Positions 26,401 through 38,643 of a stretch of 64,000 bases of DNA are shown one piece after another. The stretch covers positions 186,001 through 250,000 of the forward strand of contig OZ237749.1 in the NCBI GenBank assembly GCA_965178125.1, written 5' to 3'. The DNA is from Bilabrum cf. latius. Lineage: Eukaryota. The position numbers and the translations under genes were made by a program. Positions within the stretch are counted from its first letter, which is position 1, and every line of letters starts with the position of its first letter. Under the pieces are notes generated by a model. It was not told the DNA's origin. It was given only the letters and a program-made list of their open reading frames with translations, and searched no databases.

Positions 26401-29400
26401 GAACCAAAGCTCCATCAGCCGGAGTGCATCGGCATCTTCCTTGCGAAAGCCGTCGGCCACTGTGGCAGCCCTGCAGAAGGCGGCCCACGGCGGATTGCCT
26501 GCAAACACGGCTGTCGCTGCCGCAGTAGCAGCTGCGACTGGAGTGGCTTCGGCATCGACGGCCCAAGCAACGGCTGCGCGATTAGCGACTGGGACTAGGG
26601 ACAAATAGCTCATCGCCAAGACGCTGGTTGGCGCGCAGGCGCAGGCAGGACAGAACGCGGCCTAGGCTCTGGGCAGAAGAGCCGACCCAACCAGTGCTGC
26701 GTACTATGGCGGCAACGCGTATGCCCAGGGTGCTATGGCATCTTCCATCACGGTGCAGAGCGAGCCGGGCTCGCTGCAGCCTGAGAACGGCCTGCAGGTG
26801 CCTGCCATCGGCGAGGTACAGGCGCCGGCAGCAGAGCGTGCGGCAGCAGCAGCAGTTAGCGCATCTGCTGCGGTTGCGAAACAGGTGCTTCAGTACGCAG
26901 GGCTTGACGACACTGAAGCGTCAAAGGAAGGCACCAGCTCCAGCGCAGCCACCTTGCGGCAGCAGCCATTCCGCGAGTTACAGGGCATGCGCGGGCTCAT
27001 GACTTCAGATGCGGCTGCTGGTGGGGCTTCTAGTGCTGGTTCTATGTCTGGAAGTACCCTCTCGGTTGATGTGGCTGTCTAGCAGCACCAGATGGGAGCT
27101 GTGGCCCAGGCAGCGCAGATTGAGGCCGCGCAGGTGTCTGCCGTGTCTGCCGCTGTGCCTGTCTCACGGGCCACTGCGATGGCTGTGCAGGGGCCAGGGC
27201 AGGAATTGCCGGGTTCACAGGCTGCCAACAAGCAACGGGAAGCGGCGGTTCAGAGCTTGCAGCAGCAGGTGCGCGATGTAACTGACACGACAGTCAAGGC
27301 TCAGGTGCTCGGAGTGGGTCCCCTCCCTTTGCTGATCTCGCCGAGGGGCAAACAGCAGAAGAAGAAGGCGGAGAAAGCCCCCCCCGCTCGAAAGCGTAGC
27401 CAGCTGGCAAAGCAGTCTGTCGGCAGCGAGCCTGTCACCGAGCATGCTTCACGGAAGGAGCGTGTATCGGATGCACACATGCAGTCTTCGACAGATGTCT
27501 CGAAATCAGGCACAACCGGCTAGTCAACGGCGAGATCTGCCCACTACCTGGCAGGAGGAGACACGGCGAACAATGACGAGAGCGCGGGGATGAGCCTAGA
27601 CCTCACTAATACTGACTTTGACGGCGAATTGACGATGGATGTGGACGTTGCTGACGGCATGGGGGGAGGAAGGAAAGGAAAGAGAGGCTCTAAGCGGGGG
27701 CGAGCCTCCGCTGCTCGCGATGCTCAGACAGGGAACGGCAGCAATACGACTGCATCGAAGGATCAGAATCTTGCCGGCGGTGACGGTAAATAGGATCACG
27801 AGGAGCAGGAAGAAGAGGAGGATGACGATGAGGTGCAGCTGTTTCGGGCACCCGTGGCCGTTCGCAGGCGCGCGTTCCTGGACAGCGTGCAGGGCACTCC
27901 GTACTACATCGCCCCAGAGGTTCTGCGCAGGCGCACTGGCTTCGAGAGCGATTTCTTCAGCCTTGGTGTGATAGCGTTCCGTTGCCTCACAGGCCAGCTT
28001 CCCTTCCAGGGCAAGAGCCGCAACGACGTGCTTGAAGCAATCAGGTTGGGCGACGTGCGTTGGGAGCTGCTGCCGCAGAGCGTCTCGAGATCGCCCGAGT
28101 TGGTCGATCTGTTGGCGTCTCTCCTGGAGCCCAACCCCAAGGAGCGGATCGGGAGCATCGGGGGCGCTGCGGAAGTAGCCCAGCATCCTTTCTTCCAGGG
28201 CAGAGTGGACTGGACCAAGCTCTACAGCACTGCATCTCCGCTGGTTGACAGCAAGAGACACATCACCAGGAAGCCCCCGAGGGCCTTTGCCTCGCCCATG
28301 GCAGCCCTTGCCATGGTCCAGTTCAGTCGCACCACCGTGCAGTAGCTGCGGCAGGACGGTCGCCATGCGTCGGCTCTGCTGCGGTCGCTCAAGCGCGCCG
28401 GGCGCGGGACAGCGGCCGAGAACTCATTCGAGGCAGCCAGCATGGCCAGGTCAGCCGCCGGGTCAGACGGGGTTCTGGACACGTCAGACATGAGCTCCTC
28501 CGGCAAAGGAGGGCGGGGCAGGGCCAGCGAAAAGCAGCAGTTGCAGGACCAAAGCAAGCAGCAGGTTGTAGCAGTGGACAAGCAGGCGTCCGGTGCCAGC
28601 GGTTTCGGAAGCTCGCTGCAGATCCAGAGATCTCTCACCGGACAAGGCGCCTCGCCAGTCGGATCCAAGGCGAGCGGTACCTCGGCATTGCCCGGGGCAG
28701 CCCACCGAAGCTCAATGGTGGGCATGGAGCAGCCCCTGCCGCCCAGAGACCCGAGTCTCGTTGGCTCGGCTCGGCTGAGCGCCTCGCGTCAGATGGTGTC
28801 AGAGTCGTCTATGGCCATGGGAAGCATGCGGAGGGGGAGCAGGATCAGCTTCGTGCAAGACAAGGGCGTGAGCCGCGGTGGCAGCGTCAACAAGGCTGAC
28901 ATAGGCGCACGGAGAGGAGGAGGTGGGATGGCAGGAGCGGCGGCGGGTGAGATCATGCAGCTCGCAACGGCAGGAGGCGGTGCACTGAAGATCTCCGCTG
29001 AGCAGGTACAGGCCGCGAGAGCCGCGCTGCTGCGAGGAGGGGCAGAGGCGGCAGAGGTCCGGCGCAAGATTGCCGCCCTCCAGGAGCTCGGGGTCAGCCT
29101 CGATTTCGCGGAGGAGGGTCTCGGTGTGGGAGCTGCCGTGCTTGCCGAGCCGGGTGAGGGCCTGACCGTGTCGTATGACGCGGACTCTGCGGCGGGTCTC
29201 GGCGCCTCTGGCATGTTTGGGGAGGGTGCGGGGGCTGATCGCGGCGGTGTCGGTGGTGCGCCCGCGACGGAGAACGAGCAGAGGAACCGGGAAATCCAGT
29301 CGGCTCTGGAGGCGCTGCTGCCAAGGGACCACCCCGGCCGAGGAAGGGGCCGAGGGAATGGTGGAGGGTCGAGCGGGCGCAGCAGGAGGAGGAACAAGAG

Positions 29401-29641
29401 CTCTCGCTCTGGCAGGGTTTCCTTTGCCGATGGGGACTCCGTTTCAGAGGACTCGTTCGGGCGCAGCAGCTCGTCGGCGGGTCGCTCTGATTTTGGCTCA
29501 GCTGTGCGGCCCGATCCCAGCAGTGCTGCGGGAGGCGGTCGTCGGAATAGGCGCGCGGGGCATTCCACGTCTTCGGGGGTGCTGGAGTATGGGGAGGGGA
29601 GCCAGCAGAGGGTGTCTTCGAGGTTGGGGGCCGGGAGCTGA
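17491..29641 (+). CDS. Giant (~4,000 aa) membrane protein: TM block - cyclase-like - TM block - cyclase-like - PAS-like - split AGC-group Ser/Thr kinase
   Basis: Twenty listed ORFs from 18086 to 29641 are all in one frame, with 25 in-frame TAG and no TAA/TGA between 17802 and TGA 29639. Intron 17717..17801. Kinase motifs LGRGAFGSVY, VAVK, HRDLKPAN, DWG, GTPYYIAPE, DFFSLGV, HPFF..VDW. The start at 17491 is tentative. Confidence 0.88.
29599..29639 (+). repeat. 41-bp direct repeat, copy 1 (last codons of the kinase gene)
   Basis: gagccagcagagggtgtcttcgaggttgggggccgggagct matches 32489..32529 at 37 of 41 positions. Confidence 0.85.
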
Positions 29642-29935
29642 CCTGGCATAAGGAGGTTGGGTCCCCGATGCTAACCATGGCAAGGCAGCCCAAGCTCGGA
29701 TCCACGCTGGGCGCAATGTTATTACCAGAGAAGCTGACCATCATTTCAGCCGCGGCTCGATCTACCTGCGGCTTTGCTACTGTAAGTCTCCTGGTCCTCA
29801 CCTATGTCGCTTCACCGCGGCGAGGTTGCGAGGTTGTCTGGGTTGCGGCAGTTGGAATTAGTACCAAGGCAAGTAGCTACCCAAGATCCATCGGATCGGA
29901 TCAAGCAAGGCGATATCCAAATTGGTTAATCCGAT

Positions 29936-31788
29936 TCATAATTCTTCCCATCGGCCAAGGTACAACATGCGAGTTTCAAGCTACCGCACGCACTCTTCGT
30001 GGCCACCAAGGCGAGCAGCTAGCAGAGGTGTGGCATCGCACAAGTTGCCATTTCCGTCTTCGATGCGTACTTCTACATCCAGCCCGCCTGCAAGAACGCC
30101 CAATTTCATGCGCTTGGCTAGCTCCAACGGGCGCCCTTCTCTGGCCGCGTTGAACAGGAGCAGCGCGTCTCGCTTAGCATCATGTGCTCTCCTGTGTTTG
30201 AGTAATGCCCGCACACGTGGGTGCACCAGCCTCCTCGTAGCCAACCAGCCATCCGAATCATTGTCGAACAACAGCTAAAGGCACTTCCTGCTGTCTTCCT
30301 CGCATCCCTCCAGAGCTGCTTGCAAGCAATGTATCGAGGGGCAGTCCGGCTGCAGGAGGCAGCCTAGTGGTGTCAATCCTTGGGCAGTGAGTGTCGTTGG
30401 ACCCGCTCCTGCAGACAGCAGCTCAGCAACTCCCTGCACTGCATCTTTGGGGGATGCCTGTACCATACTGTAGTCGCTCTTGGCGTACATAGCAAGAATC
30501 TTGCAATGGAGGGGCGTGACTCCGGTCTGCAAAACTATCGGCTATCGCGCACATTTTGTGTAACAAGGCGACATTTAGCGTAGGGGGTCAAACCTAATAA
30601 GTACAATTAGCTCACAACATGCGCGTAATTGGCTAAATTCTCATACTCAAGGGTGTAGAATGGTTTGTGGACGTTGCAGCCGAGCTCGATCAGAAGTCGA
30701 ATACTATCAGCCTTCTGTGCCCACACAAGGGGGCGATACCACTGTTTAAAAAAAAATATTAGGAATCAATTGGAACTATCTGTGAGGCTTGCTTTGTTAA
30801 GTAAGCGGGGCAGAGCCAGTACTTCGGAAGTCTCACTGTGTCGAAGCGATCAGCATCGGTCGGGTCGCCCCCATGCTTGGCAAGTTCTAAAAGTATGTCA
30901 GGCTGGTCCAATGCGCAGAAAAATGAGCATGGGCGCACCTGCGGCCGGTGCACTTATTTGTTTCTTGGAAATTCGGATAATTCAGGCAGCACAAGGAGGG
31001 CGATGCAAGCAAGTCTACAGTAGGATCTCACAGGGACGACCTGACCGGGCCCGGGAGGAGACCAGCCTTGAATCTCGGTGCCACGGGAAAGAACAGTCTA
31101 CACCAGGTCGAGCCTCCCACGAAATATTACTTCGTCCAACTGGTACAAATTGGAAAGGGAAGCGATTTGACAGCTTCGGGTTAAAAACCGTCGTTGCAAC
31201 TGCACGGCCGTGCATAAAACCTATTTTAAATCTTACAACCTTTTTCATGCCATCGTAGTCTGTTCTCCCAGGCAAACCGTGCTTGTCAAATGCTTTGTTG
31301 AGGTGGTAGGGCGATCTTACAGCAATCGCTATCCTGCCGTGCTGGAGAAGGCACTCACATCCCTAATGACAAGATACACGCCATACGAATCCACGACTAC
31401 TTGCGTAGCTATCAGAAGGGATATTGCGTGAAGGTGCTCACCTTCGCAGACGCCCAATTTCGCCATCCTTGCTGGTCCCTGCCATCGTCAAGTGGCACCG
31501 TGAGAGGTTCCTGCAGGCCAAGCTTAGCAATATGTGCAGCAAACAAACGGTTAGAGCAAATATACAGAGCAGACAATGGACAGTATTCTGGTGTGAACAC
31601 ATGTCGGTAGCAGTACCGATTCCGGTTTCTACAAGACAGCACGACAGGACATACCCTAGGCACGAGACCATCCAGATCCTATCAAGTCATCCTCAAACTA
31701 ACAGGACATACCCTAGGAAGTTCGTGGTGCCACAGTTATCATGATGTTTGCTGGACTTGACCATTTGGGCAGCCTGAATAGCAGCCAT
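29936..31788 (-). CDS. Multi-exon ankyrin-repeat protein with the shared EGRP-[ML]-ELAKR C-terminal module (5' exons uncertain)
   Basis: Exons 30616..30741 (YRPLVWAQ..IRLLIELGCNV) and 29936..30526 (GVTPLH..ELLSAGA..GLTPL..AAREGRPLELAKRMKLG..GHEECVR*LE). TAG at 30275 and 29981. Ends TGA 29936. Confidence 0.65.
31644..31717. repeat. 17-bp direct repeat (acaggacataccctagg x2), a duplicated splice-donor-like site on the minus strand
   Basis: Copies at 31644..31660 and 31701..31717. The minus strand reads CCTAGG|GTATGT. Confidence 0.7.
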
Positions 31789-32068
31789 ACTCTCGGACTG
31801 ACGGCTTGCCAGACGGGCAATGCTACTTTTTCTTAGTGTTCGGGCCGTCTTCTTGTGTAGTTTATGCCGCTTGTCGATGAGAACGAAGTGCTCGAAAGCA
31901 ATTGTGACCTCGAGTGGGTCTGAGCGTCTGGTCCGTCGGCATAATCGCCACCAAATTGAACTGGAAAGCTCACGGCCAGGAGGCGACGCAAATAAGAAGA
32001 TTCTTGAGGTTACTACGGACTCTGTAGAAGCAGCAGACCTTAAAATTGAAGAAATTTCCGTGTATATT

Positions 32069-32373
32069 CTGATCCTAACGCCATATGGGATTCGGTGTTG
32101 ATGCCAGAGAGGGAGCGCGTGAACGTCTCGTTGGGTTCCGATGGCCCCGCGGGGCGGATCACAGGTATAGATCTAGAGACAATAGGATTCGTCCGACCTC
32201 TTGCCGATGGCGGTTGCAACCGGGAAGGTACGACCAAGCCAACGGATTGCTTGCGATGAATACCCTCTCTGTGTTCAGGAGAGGGGCGGAGATTGGGTAA
32301 TTGTTGCCCACCCTCCGAACCCCTCCTCGGAGTAGTGCACGTGCTCTTCCCAGCCCCGGTCAGTCCGGTCAAG
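32069..32373 (+). repeat. Dispersed non-coding repeat (~255 bp), copy 1, with a 66-bp extra segment
   Basis: Aligns by eye with the reverse complement of 59643..59897. The extra segment is bounded by CCGATGGC at 32138..32145 and 32204..32211. Confidence 0.85.
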
Positions 32374-32488
32374 GGTCGCATCGGGAGAAGCCGACGTCAT
32401 ACCCAAGCCGCGCAACACTGCACTTCTGGTAGACGCCCGGGTAGGCGTGGGGCTAGCGAGAGACTTAAAAGTCTACAAATTGTCAACT

Positions 32489-32529
32489 GAGCCAACAGAG
32501 GGTGTCTTCGAGGCTGAGGGACGGGAGCT
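32489..32529 (+). repeat. 41-bp direct repeat, copy 2
   Basis: gagccaacagagggtgtcttcgaggctgagggacgggagct, 37/41 identical to 29599..29639. Confidence 0.85.
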
Positions 32530-32796
32530 TAACTATTCTTGCTGCATTGAACATGAAAGTGAGATAGCGATAATTGCCCTTCTTGATGCTCGGTAAAGCA
32601 GACGACGAAGATAGCAAAGAGACGTTCCGCTGTTTTGTTCTCGATCTGGATCCCGGAACAGTGTCGCGCGGCGCCGCGTTGTGGTGCGCGAGTAGCGAGG
32701 CACACAACAACAACATTTAAGAAGGAACAAATCGAAACAGCGAATACACAGTACTAACAGCCGAAGCTAACAAACATATTTCGCAGACTGAGACGA

Positions 32797-35700
32797 ATGA
32801 GCTCTCAGCGAAAGCATTCGCTTGGTAGCTTGCCTGGAGCTGCTGGTGGATGGCAAATCAGCTCTGCACTGGACCAGCTGCCGCTAGTACAGCCTGAATT
32901 GGCAGTCATCCTAGGAATTGCGCAAGCCGACGCACCATCATGGAAGCTGTTTGATGGATTCGAGTGGAGCGCCGGAGAGCTGTCATGTCTGATGGGCATC
33001 AAGCAGAGGAAGCGCCGCAAAAAGAAGAAGGCTAAGGACCCACCTGCATCGTCCACATCCGAGGCCATGAGCAAGCTGAGCTCCTTTTCGCTGGAGACTA
33101 CCAGTAGTGTTCAGCAATTTGGTTCAGCAGAGCCGAGGACGCTCGCAGTCAAGGTAGCCCTGGTATCGAAGACCGCTACTTCCGATGAGAACATTTTCGC
33201 AGCCAGTGGCCGTTCCTCGGAGGCATCCAGTTCAGATGGGGGCGCTGCAGCTTCCAGCATGGGCCAAACTACAAGTGAGTTCCAGTTGGGTAAGCATGAT
33301 TCCCCACAAGGAGGTGTCAGGGTGCTGCTGGCCCTGCGGTGCAACGAGTTGGCAGGTGGCAATTCGGTCCCGTCCGCATCGGGAACGCTGGCGTTCGACA
33401 TGTCGTGCATGACCAAGACGGGCAAGCGCATGCCACTGTGCAGTGCTAGCCTCATCATTGTCAGCAAGGAGGTCGCTGCTCAAGAGCGTGCGCTGCATGA
33501 CGCCCTGGAACTGCTGCGAGAGAAGAGAAGAGCATCCTCATCAGCTGGCTCTGGCCCAGCTGCCGGGAGTGCGAGTTCAGCGGACGTGAAGGAACACGGA
33601 TCGAGCCCTTCCATGACATTTGCTCACGCAGCAGCGTTGTTGCAAGCCCCCGTTGGAGCGGTTCCAATGCCGGCGACTGATGCAAAGTTCAAGCAGTCTA
33701 TTCCTCAAACAGACGAGGGCCTGGCCAGGATCAGCGAGCTCAGGCGCAAGACTCGAACTGGCAGCCGGATTCCTCACGGCGGTCTGCTAGCTCTTACTGA
33801 CTACGAGGAAGACGTGGCCATGTCAAACGGAGGCGACGGGGACAAGGCAGTCCTGCCTGTTGCAATTCAGGCACTTGCTGAGCTCAAAGCGTTCCAAGGG
33901 CCTGCTGCGGACCTAGAGTCGGCGGCGCGCGCTCTCAGCCTAATTGAGGACATCGAGTTCGCGAGCGAGGCGCGAAGGTGTCGCAGGGAAACAATTCATA
34001 CCGCAACTGTCGTCGGTCGGTGGATGAAGCCACGCAGTGCATGCAGCGACTCGGATGCTTCCAAGGGCAACCTGGTCGAGATCCACCTTGACATGTCCGG
34101 CTCGAGCACTCCATCGTGGTGGAACGAAGCAGAGGACGGCACGGAAGTCCACCTTTGCATGGAAATGTACATCGCGCACGACGATGACACGATCGAGGAC
34201 CTATATAGCATGGGACTGGTCACCAAGAAGGCGCAGGTCGAGTCGCTGGGCGGTGGCAACCAACGCGGAGTGCTGCTTGTGCGACCCTTGAACGCTTCAA
34301 GGGGCATGGACCGCTTCGAGGAGACTCTAGCCGACTGTCGGGCGAGCAACCAGGAGATAAGCGCGTCGTTGTGCGAAACGATACCAACCAAGGTCCACCA
34401 AAGTCGGCGCCTTGCTATGTGGCTTATTGAGCAGGCTGTTTCCGGCGGTCACAGAAGGAGTCGTGCTGGCACGATGGGCAGTTTGGCGTCGCTTGCAAGC
34501 CGGCGAGACTCGTAGGATCGAGGCAGCTGCGCAAGCGAATCCAAAGAGAGCGAGGATACATCATCAGTTGCGTCCAGTAAGGAGGGTCCACATAAGGGCA
34601 GGCCCGAGGCAGCATTTGATGCGGTACATTTCGATTCAGCGTACGAGCAGGTGCAGCAGCTGCGCGACCACGCTATTGAGAAAACGCTCCCGCTGAACCC
34701 TAAGCTGCTTAAGAGAGCAGCTAGCGTCCTTCCCATGCTGAAGAAAGTGCTTGCGCCGCACGCATCCGCTGGTATTGATGGGGCCGCTGATGGGAGAGAG
34801 TCTGCTGCAGCAGGTGAGCCTCCCGCTGCGAGCAAGCATGCTGCTGCAGGAGGTGCCGGTGCTGACCACGGCGCGAAGGACATCGCATCGCCTGAAATCG
34901 ACGCACACAGCGACGATGGCACTACGGTCAGCGTGCAGTCCGGTGCCAAATCGGCTGATGCTGCGCCAGCGTCTTCAATTTTGAGTCTGGCAGCATACGC
35001 AGAAGCAGAGTGCGAGCATGCTGGGACTGGTACTGCACTAAAGGGGCTAAACCAGGAGCAGCTGGCCTCTGTGGGCATGACGCTGAGGCGACCTGAGCTC
35101 GCAGTGCTGTTTGGGCCCCCTGGAACGGGCAAGACGACAACTCTGTCTGCACTTCTGGCGCACCTCCTGGCTAGCCCGAGCAAGCCGCGCGTGCTGATAC
35201 TCGGGCAGACCAACTTTGCTGTGGAACAGATGCTCACCAAGACAATCACGAGGTTGAACAAGGCAGACTTGCTGCAGATGGAGTCGATCGCAGGCACGAT
35301 TCTCCGACCTGTATCTGCAGTTCGAACGCCCGCTTCAGCTGCCAAGCAGGGTGGCAGTCGCCAGGCAGCCATACTTCAGCAGGTGTGCAAAGCTGGAGTT
35401 ATCGACCCTGATCACTTGGCCAAGGCTCGGATGGTCGCGTCAACGGTGGATCTGGCTAGCACTTGGCTGCTCCGGGCAGCTTACGCAGCTGGAGGCTACC
35501 ATCGGCCTGACCCAGACACTTGCAGGGGCCTAGATTTCGACTACATCATCGTTGATGAAGCCAGCTAGGTGCAGCAGAATCAGCTGTTGCCAGTATTGAT
35601 GATGGCGTACCTAGGACTGTCGATGCGAAACGAGCTCCAGCGCAACAAGACAATGAAGCGTCCGATGCCAACGCTGTTGCTAGCCGGCGACCCCAGGCAG

Positions 35701-37371
35701 CTTGGGCCTGTCATAAGGAACCCTGTAAGCGTTGCTGCCGGCGGGGCCATTTCGCTCATCGAGCAGGTGGTCGGCATTTCGGCAATGCCTGCTCCACTGG
35801 CGTCGCGGCAGCGGCTTAGCCCTATCATCCACGCTTCGGCCAGCATTGGTGGCGTCAAGACGGATGACCTGCTACAAGAAATGTTCGCTACAACCGACAG
35901 CGTTGTGCAGGCTGCTTGGGATAGCGCTGCTGTCTTCGGCGGGGAGCTGCACGCACCCAGCGTGGATGCTGATGGTCTTTACGGTGGCATGAGGCACGTG
36001 GTGTAGCTCACACAATCGTTTCGCTGCGTGCCGGCTCTTTCCGCATGGAGTGACTGCAGCTATGGTGGAATGGTCAAGCCGGTGTGGTACGTAGGATCCG
36101 CATTTGGGGCGGGTGGCACTAGCCCTCCGGGAGGTGCCGCAGCATGCTGCGACCCAGCCCAAGTAGATATATGCCACAACACTCAGGAGGTGCTCGCAGA
36201 CTACGCCAAGTCTCAAAGCGGTCGCGTACCAGCGCTGACCGCCGATGACCTGGCGCTGCTAGTTGATGAGCTGGATGGTCGGAGCAGGCGCGGTCGCTCG
36301 TGCTCTGGTCAAGCAGCTGCGCTCGTGCGCGAGCTGTATTGCTAGTCTCCCGGCCACGGCATGGCCGTCTTGGAGGCCGTGAGGCGTGCCAAGGACTCTG
36401 TTGGAGATGTTAGGGCTTGCTGTGGTGCGGATCCGGCCAGCGGCGCAGGAGCCAGCGAGGCATCATCGCCTGCAGCAGGCACTGACGGGCTGCCCATGCT
36501 CGTGGTGTGCGTTCCTAATGGATCCGTGTCCAAGGGACCCTCTGGCTCAAAATGCAACCACATGGAGGCGGAGGTCATCGCGAGTATCGCCGAAAGTTCT
36601 GTTGGAACTCACACGATCTCGGGCGTGGAAGCTGACGCCAGCCGGCAGCCAACCGTCACGGTGGTATCTCCGTACAGAGACTAGGTATACGCTGTGAGGG
36701 ACGCGCTCAAAGGTAGGCTGGGCAACCGTTCGAGAGCCGTGAGGGTTGGAACTGCGGACGGCGTGCAGGGCACGGAGGCGGATCTTGTGATCGTCACCAC
36801 GGTTCGGAACGGCGCACGTGACACACTTGGCTTCCTGATTGACCCGCGCCGGACCAACGTGGCAGTGTCTCGTGCCAAGTTCGGGCTGGCAGTGGTGTGT
36901 GACCCGCGTGCTGTGATGAAGGACCCACACTGGGCCTTCTATGTGACGTATGCTGCCTGTATGGGAGGTCTAGTAGGTCCGACCGGATGTCACATTCAGC
37001 TTGAGAAAGCAGTCAAGGGCCGCATTCAGCGGCCCATTGCAAGCATGCCGGCTGCAGTAGCTGCTAACAGGGTCGTGCAGGCTGGCCGCAGCCTTCACAG
37101 AGCAGCGAAGGCTGAGTTACTTCACGGCAAGCTGCAACAGCTGGATGCGTCCACTGCGCCGTCTGATGGTAGCGCTCCAGCGCAGGCCCCGAGATCTGAT
37201 CCAACGAAACCCGTGGCGTTGGACGGTCATAAGACTGCAGCGGCCACCCTGCCCATGCTGCAGAAGATCGCGACTTGCGAGACGGTGGCAAGCTCAGCTG
37301 TGCCCAAGCCAAATAGTTATGCTTGGCAGCTAGCTTCCCGCTCCACGTGGGCCCTCCGCATGGGCCGCTGA
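32797..37371 (+). CDS. Superfamily-1 UPF1/SEN1/DNA2-NAM7-like helicase (may extend to 38496)
   Basis: LNQEQ, FGPPGTGKTT, TNFAVEQM, FDYIIVDEAS*V, LAGDPRQLGPVI, NHMEAEVI, VVSPYRD*V, TADGVQGTEAD, RRTNVAVSRAK. One frame with TAG at 34513, 35566, 36004, 36343 and 36682. Confidence 0.9.
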
Positions 37372-37737
37372 AGCCAAGGTTGGCAAAATCAAGCGCATCA
37401 AGCATCCCAGGAGTGCTTCAGTTATCGGACGCCCGAAACCAGGCCCTGCTTAGCAAAAGGCAAACCCTACGAGAAAAGAGGAGGGGCCGCAATCGCGTCG
37501 TGCATCTCAGCCTCACAGCTCGCGGGCTCGCATGGTGGCCGGTGCTGCTGCTACTACACCCGTCAAGCCGACGGCTAGCCCTGGGCCCTCCGGTATTCGA
37601 AGGAAAAGGATTGCACTGGATCCGTCGTCTCGCGGTTGGCATGTCGGCATTGCCGCAGCCAAGCCGGACGAGGGCCCGACCGACGGCTGGCTGACCGGTG
37701 AAGGAAGGCAATTGGCGCGCCCCAAGAGCCAGCGCTC

Positions 37738-38496
37738 GTGCCCGCAATAGACATTCCAAGCGAGCCCGCACCCCCGTGCAAGGGTTTGGATCGGTGCATT
37801 AAGCTCCTTTGGCTCTTCGTCCTTCGGAACGGTGGCTACTGCAACCGAGCTGACCTGGAGAAAGGCGACGCACGGCTCGGCAGGGTGCTAAAAAAGCACG
37901 GTTGCAGGAAGTCATCGATCGTAGGGCTTGCAGTGGAGGCGAGCAAGAGAGGCATCTTGTAGCTGTGGTATCCTCCGCGAAGAGCAGGGGAGTCAAGTCT
38001 CTGGTTCAATCCGAAAGACCCTGCGGCTGCGGGGCTGCAGCCTGCTAGTTAGGGGCCACAAGAGCTGTTTGCGAGCTGGGTGTGTGTGTCGGCGATGCCA
38101 CCTGCCACGGCCAGGCAGTGGCAGGTGCTACTGTCAGCTGGTGTTCTGATGGAGAAGGATACTGCGACTGCAGCTGGCCCTGGGACTTGCGCCAAAGGTT
38201 GGGAAATTGGCCGTCACGGTGGCGGTGATTGGTCATCGAAGGCAGGAATGAGGGATAGGCTGAACCTCTTGTTCCCACGGTACAGATGCCCTGCCACGGA
38301 TGCTAGTCATAGACTAGTTGATGCTGATGTACGGAGGGCTAGGACCGCTACTGCATCGGGCGGGGCAAGCATGGTGGAAGCACCACAAATGCTGGAAGCC
38401 GCGCTTGTGGCAGCAGAGGCTGCGAGAGGTGCACCATCCAAGCCACTCAGCGTCAAGGGGCCCGGGGCTGAGGTGGTGCATAGGGCTTTGGCATAA
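37738..38496 (+). CDS. Coding-like segment, probably the C-terminal part of the helicase gene
   Basis: ORFs 37738..37962 and 38080..38496 are in the helicase frame and joined through TAGs. Ends TAA. There is no obvious separate start. Confidence 0.5.
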
Positions 38497-38560
38497 AACT
38501 TGCATTCTTGAATTACCTCTTTTGTTGTAGCTAATGCTCGAACATGCGAGGGTCCATTGC

Positions 38561-38601
38561 TAGTGGTTCTCCTTCTCATCGTAGTGGTTCTCCTTCTCAT
38601 C
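38561..38601. repeat. 21-bp tandem duplication
   Basis: tagtggttctccttctcatc occurs twice head-to-tail. Confidence 0.75.
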
Positions 38602-38643
38602 ACCAAGAACGCAACACTTACTATTCTCCCCTGTTGTGGTGCG

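Noticed and set aside
17802-29641. Explaining the internal stops as mass pseudogenisation or sequencing error
   Set aside because: All 25 internal stops are TAG, with no TAA/TGA or frameshift, and the catalytic motifs are intact. Random decay would not do this across many housekeeping genes.
35560-36690. TAG as pyrrolysine, Leu, Tyr or Glu, or leaky readthrough
   Set aside because: The diagnostic sites are Gln in the family consensus and in an in-window paralogue. Dozens of TAGs per gene are incompatible with low-efficiency readthrough.
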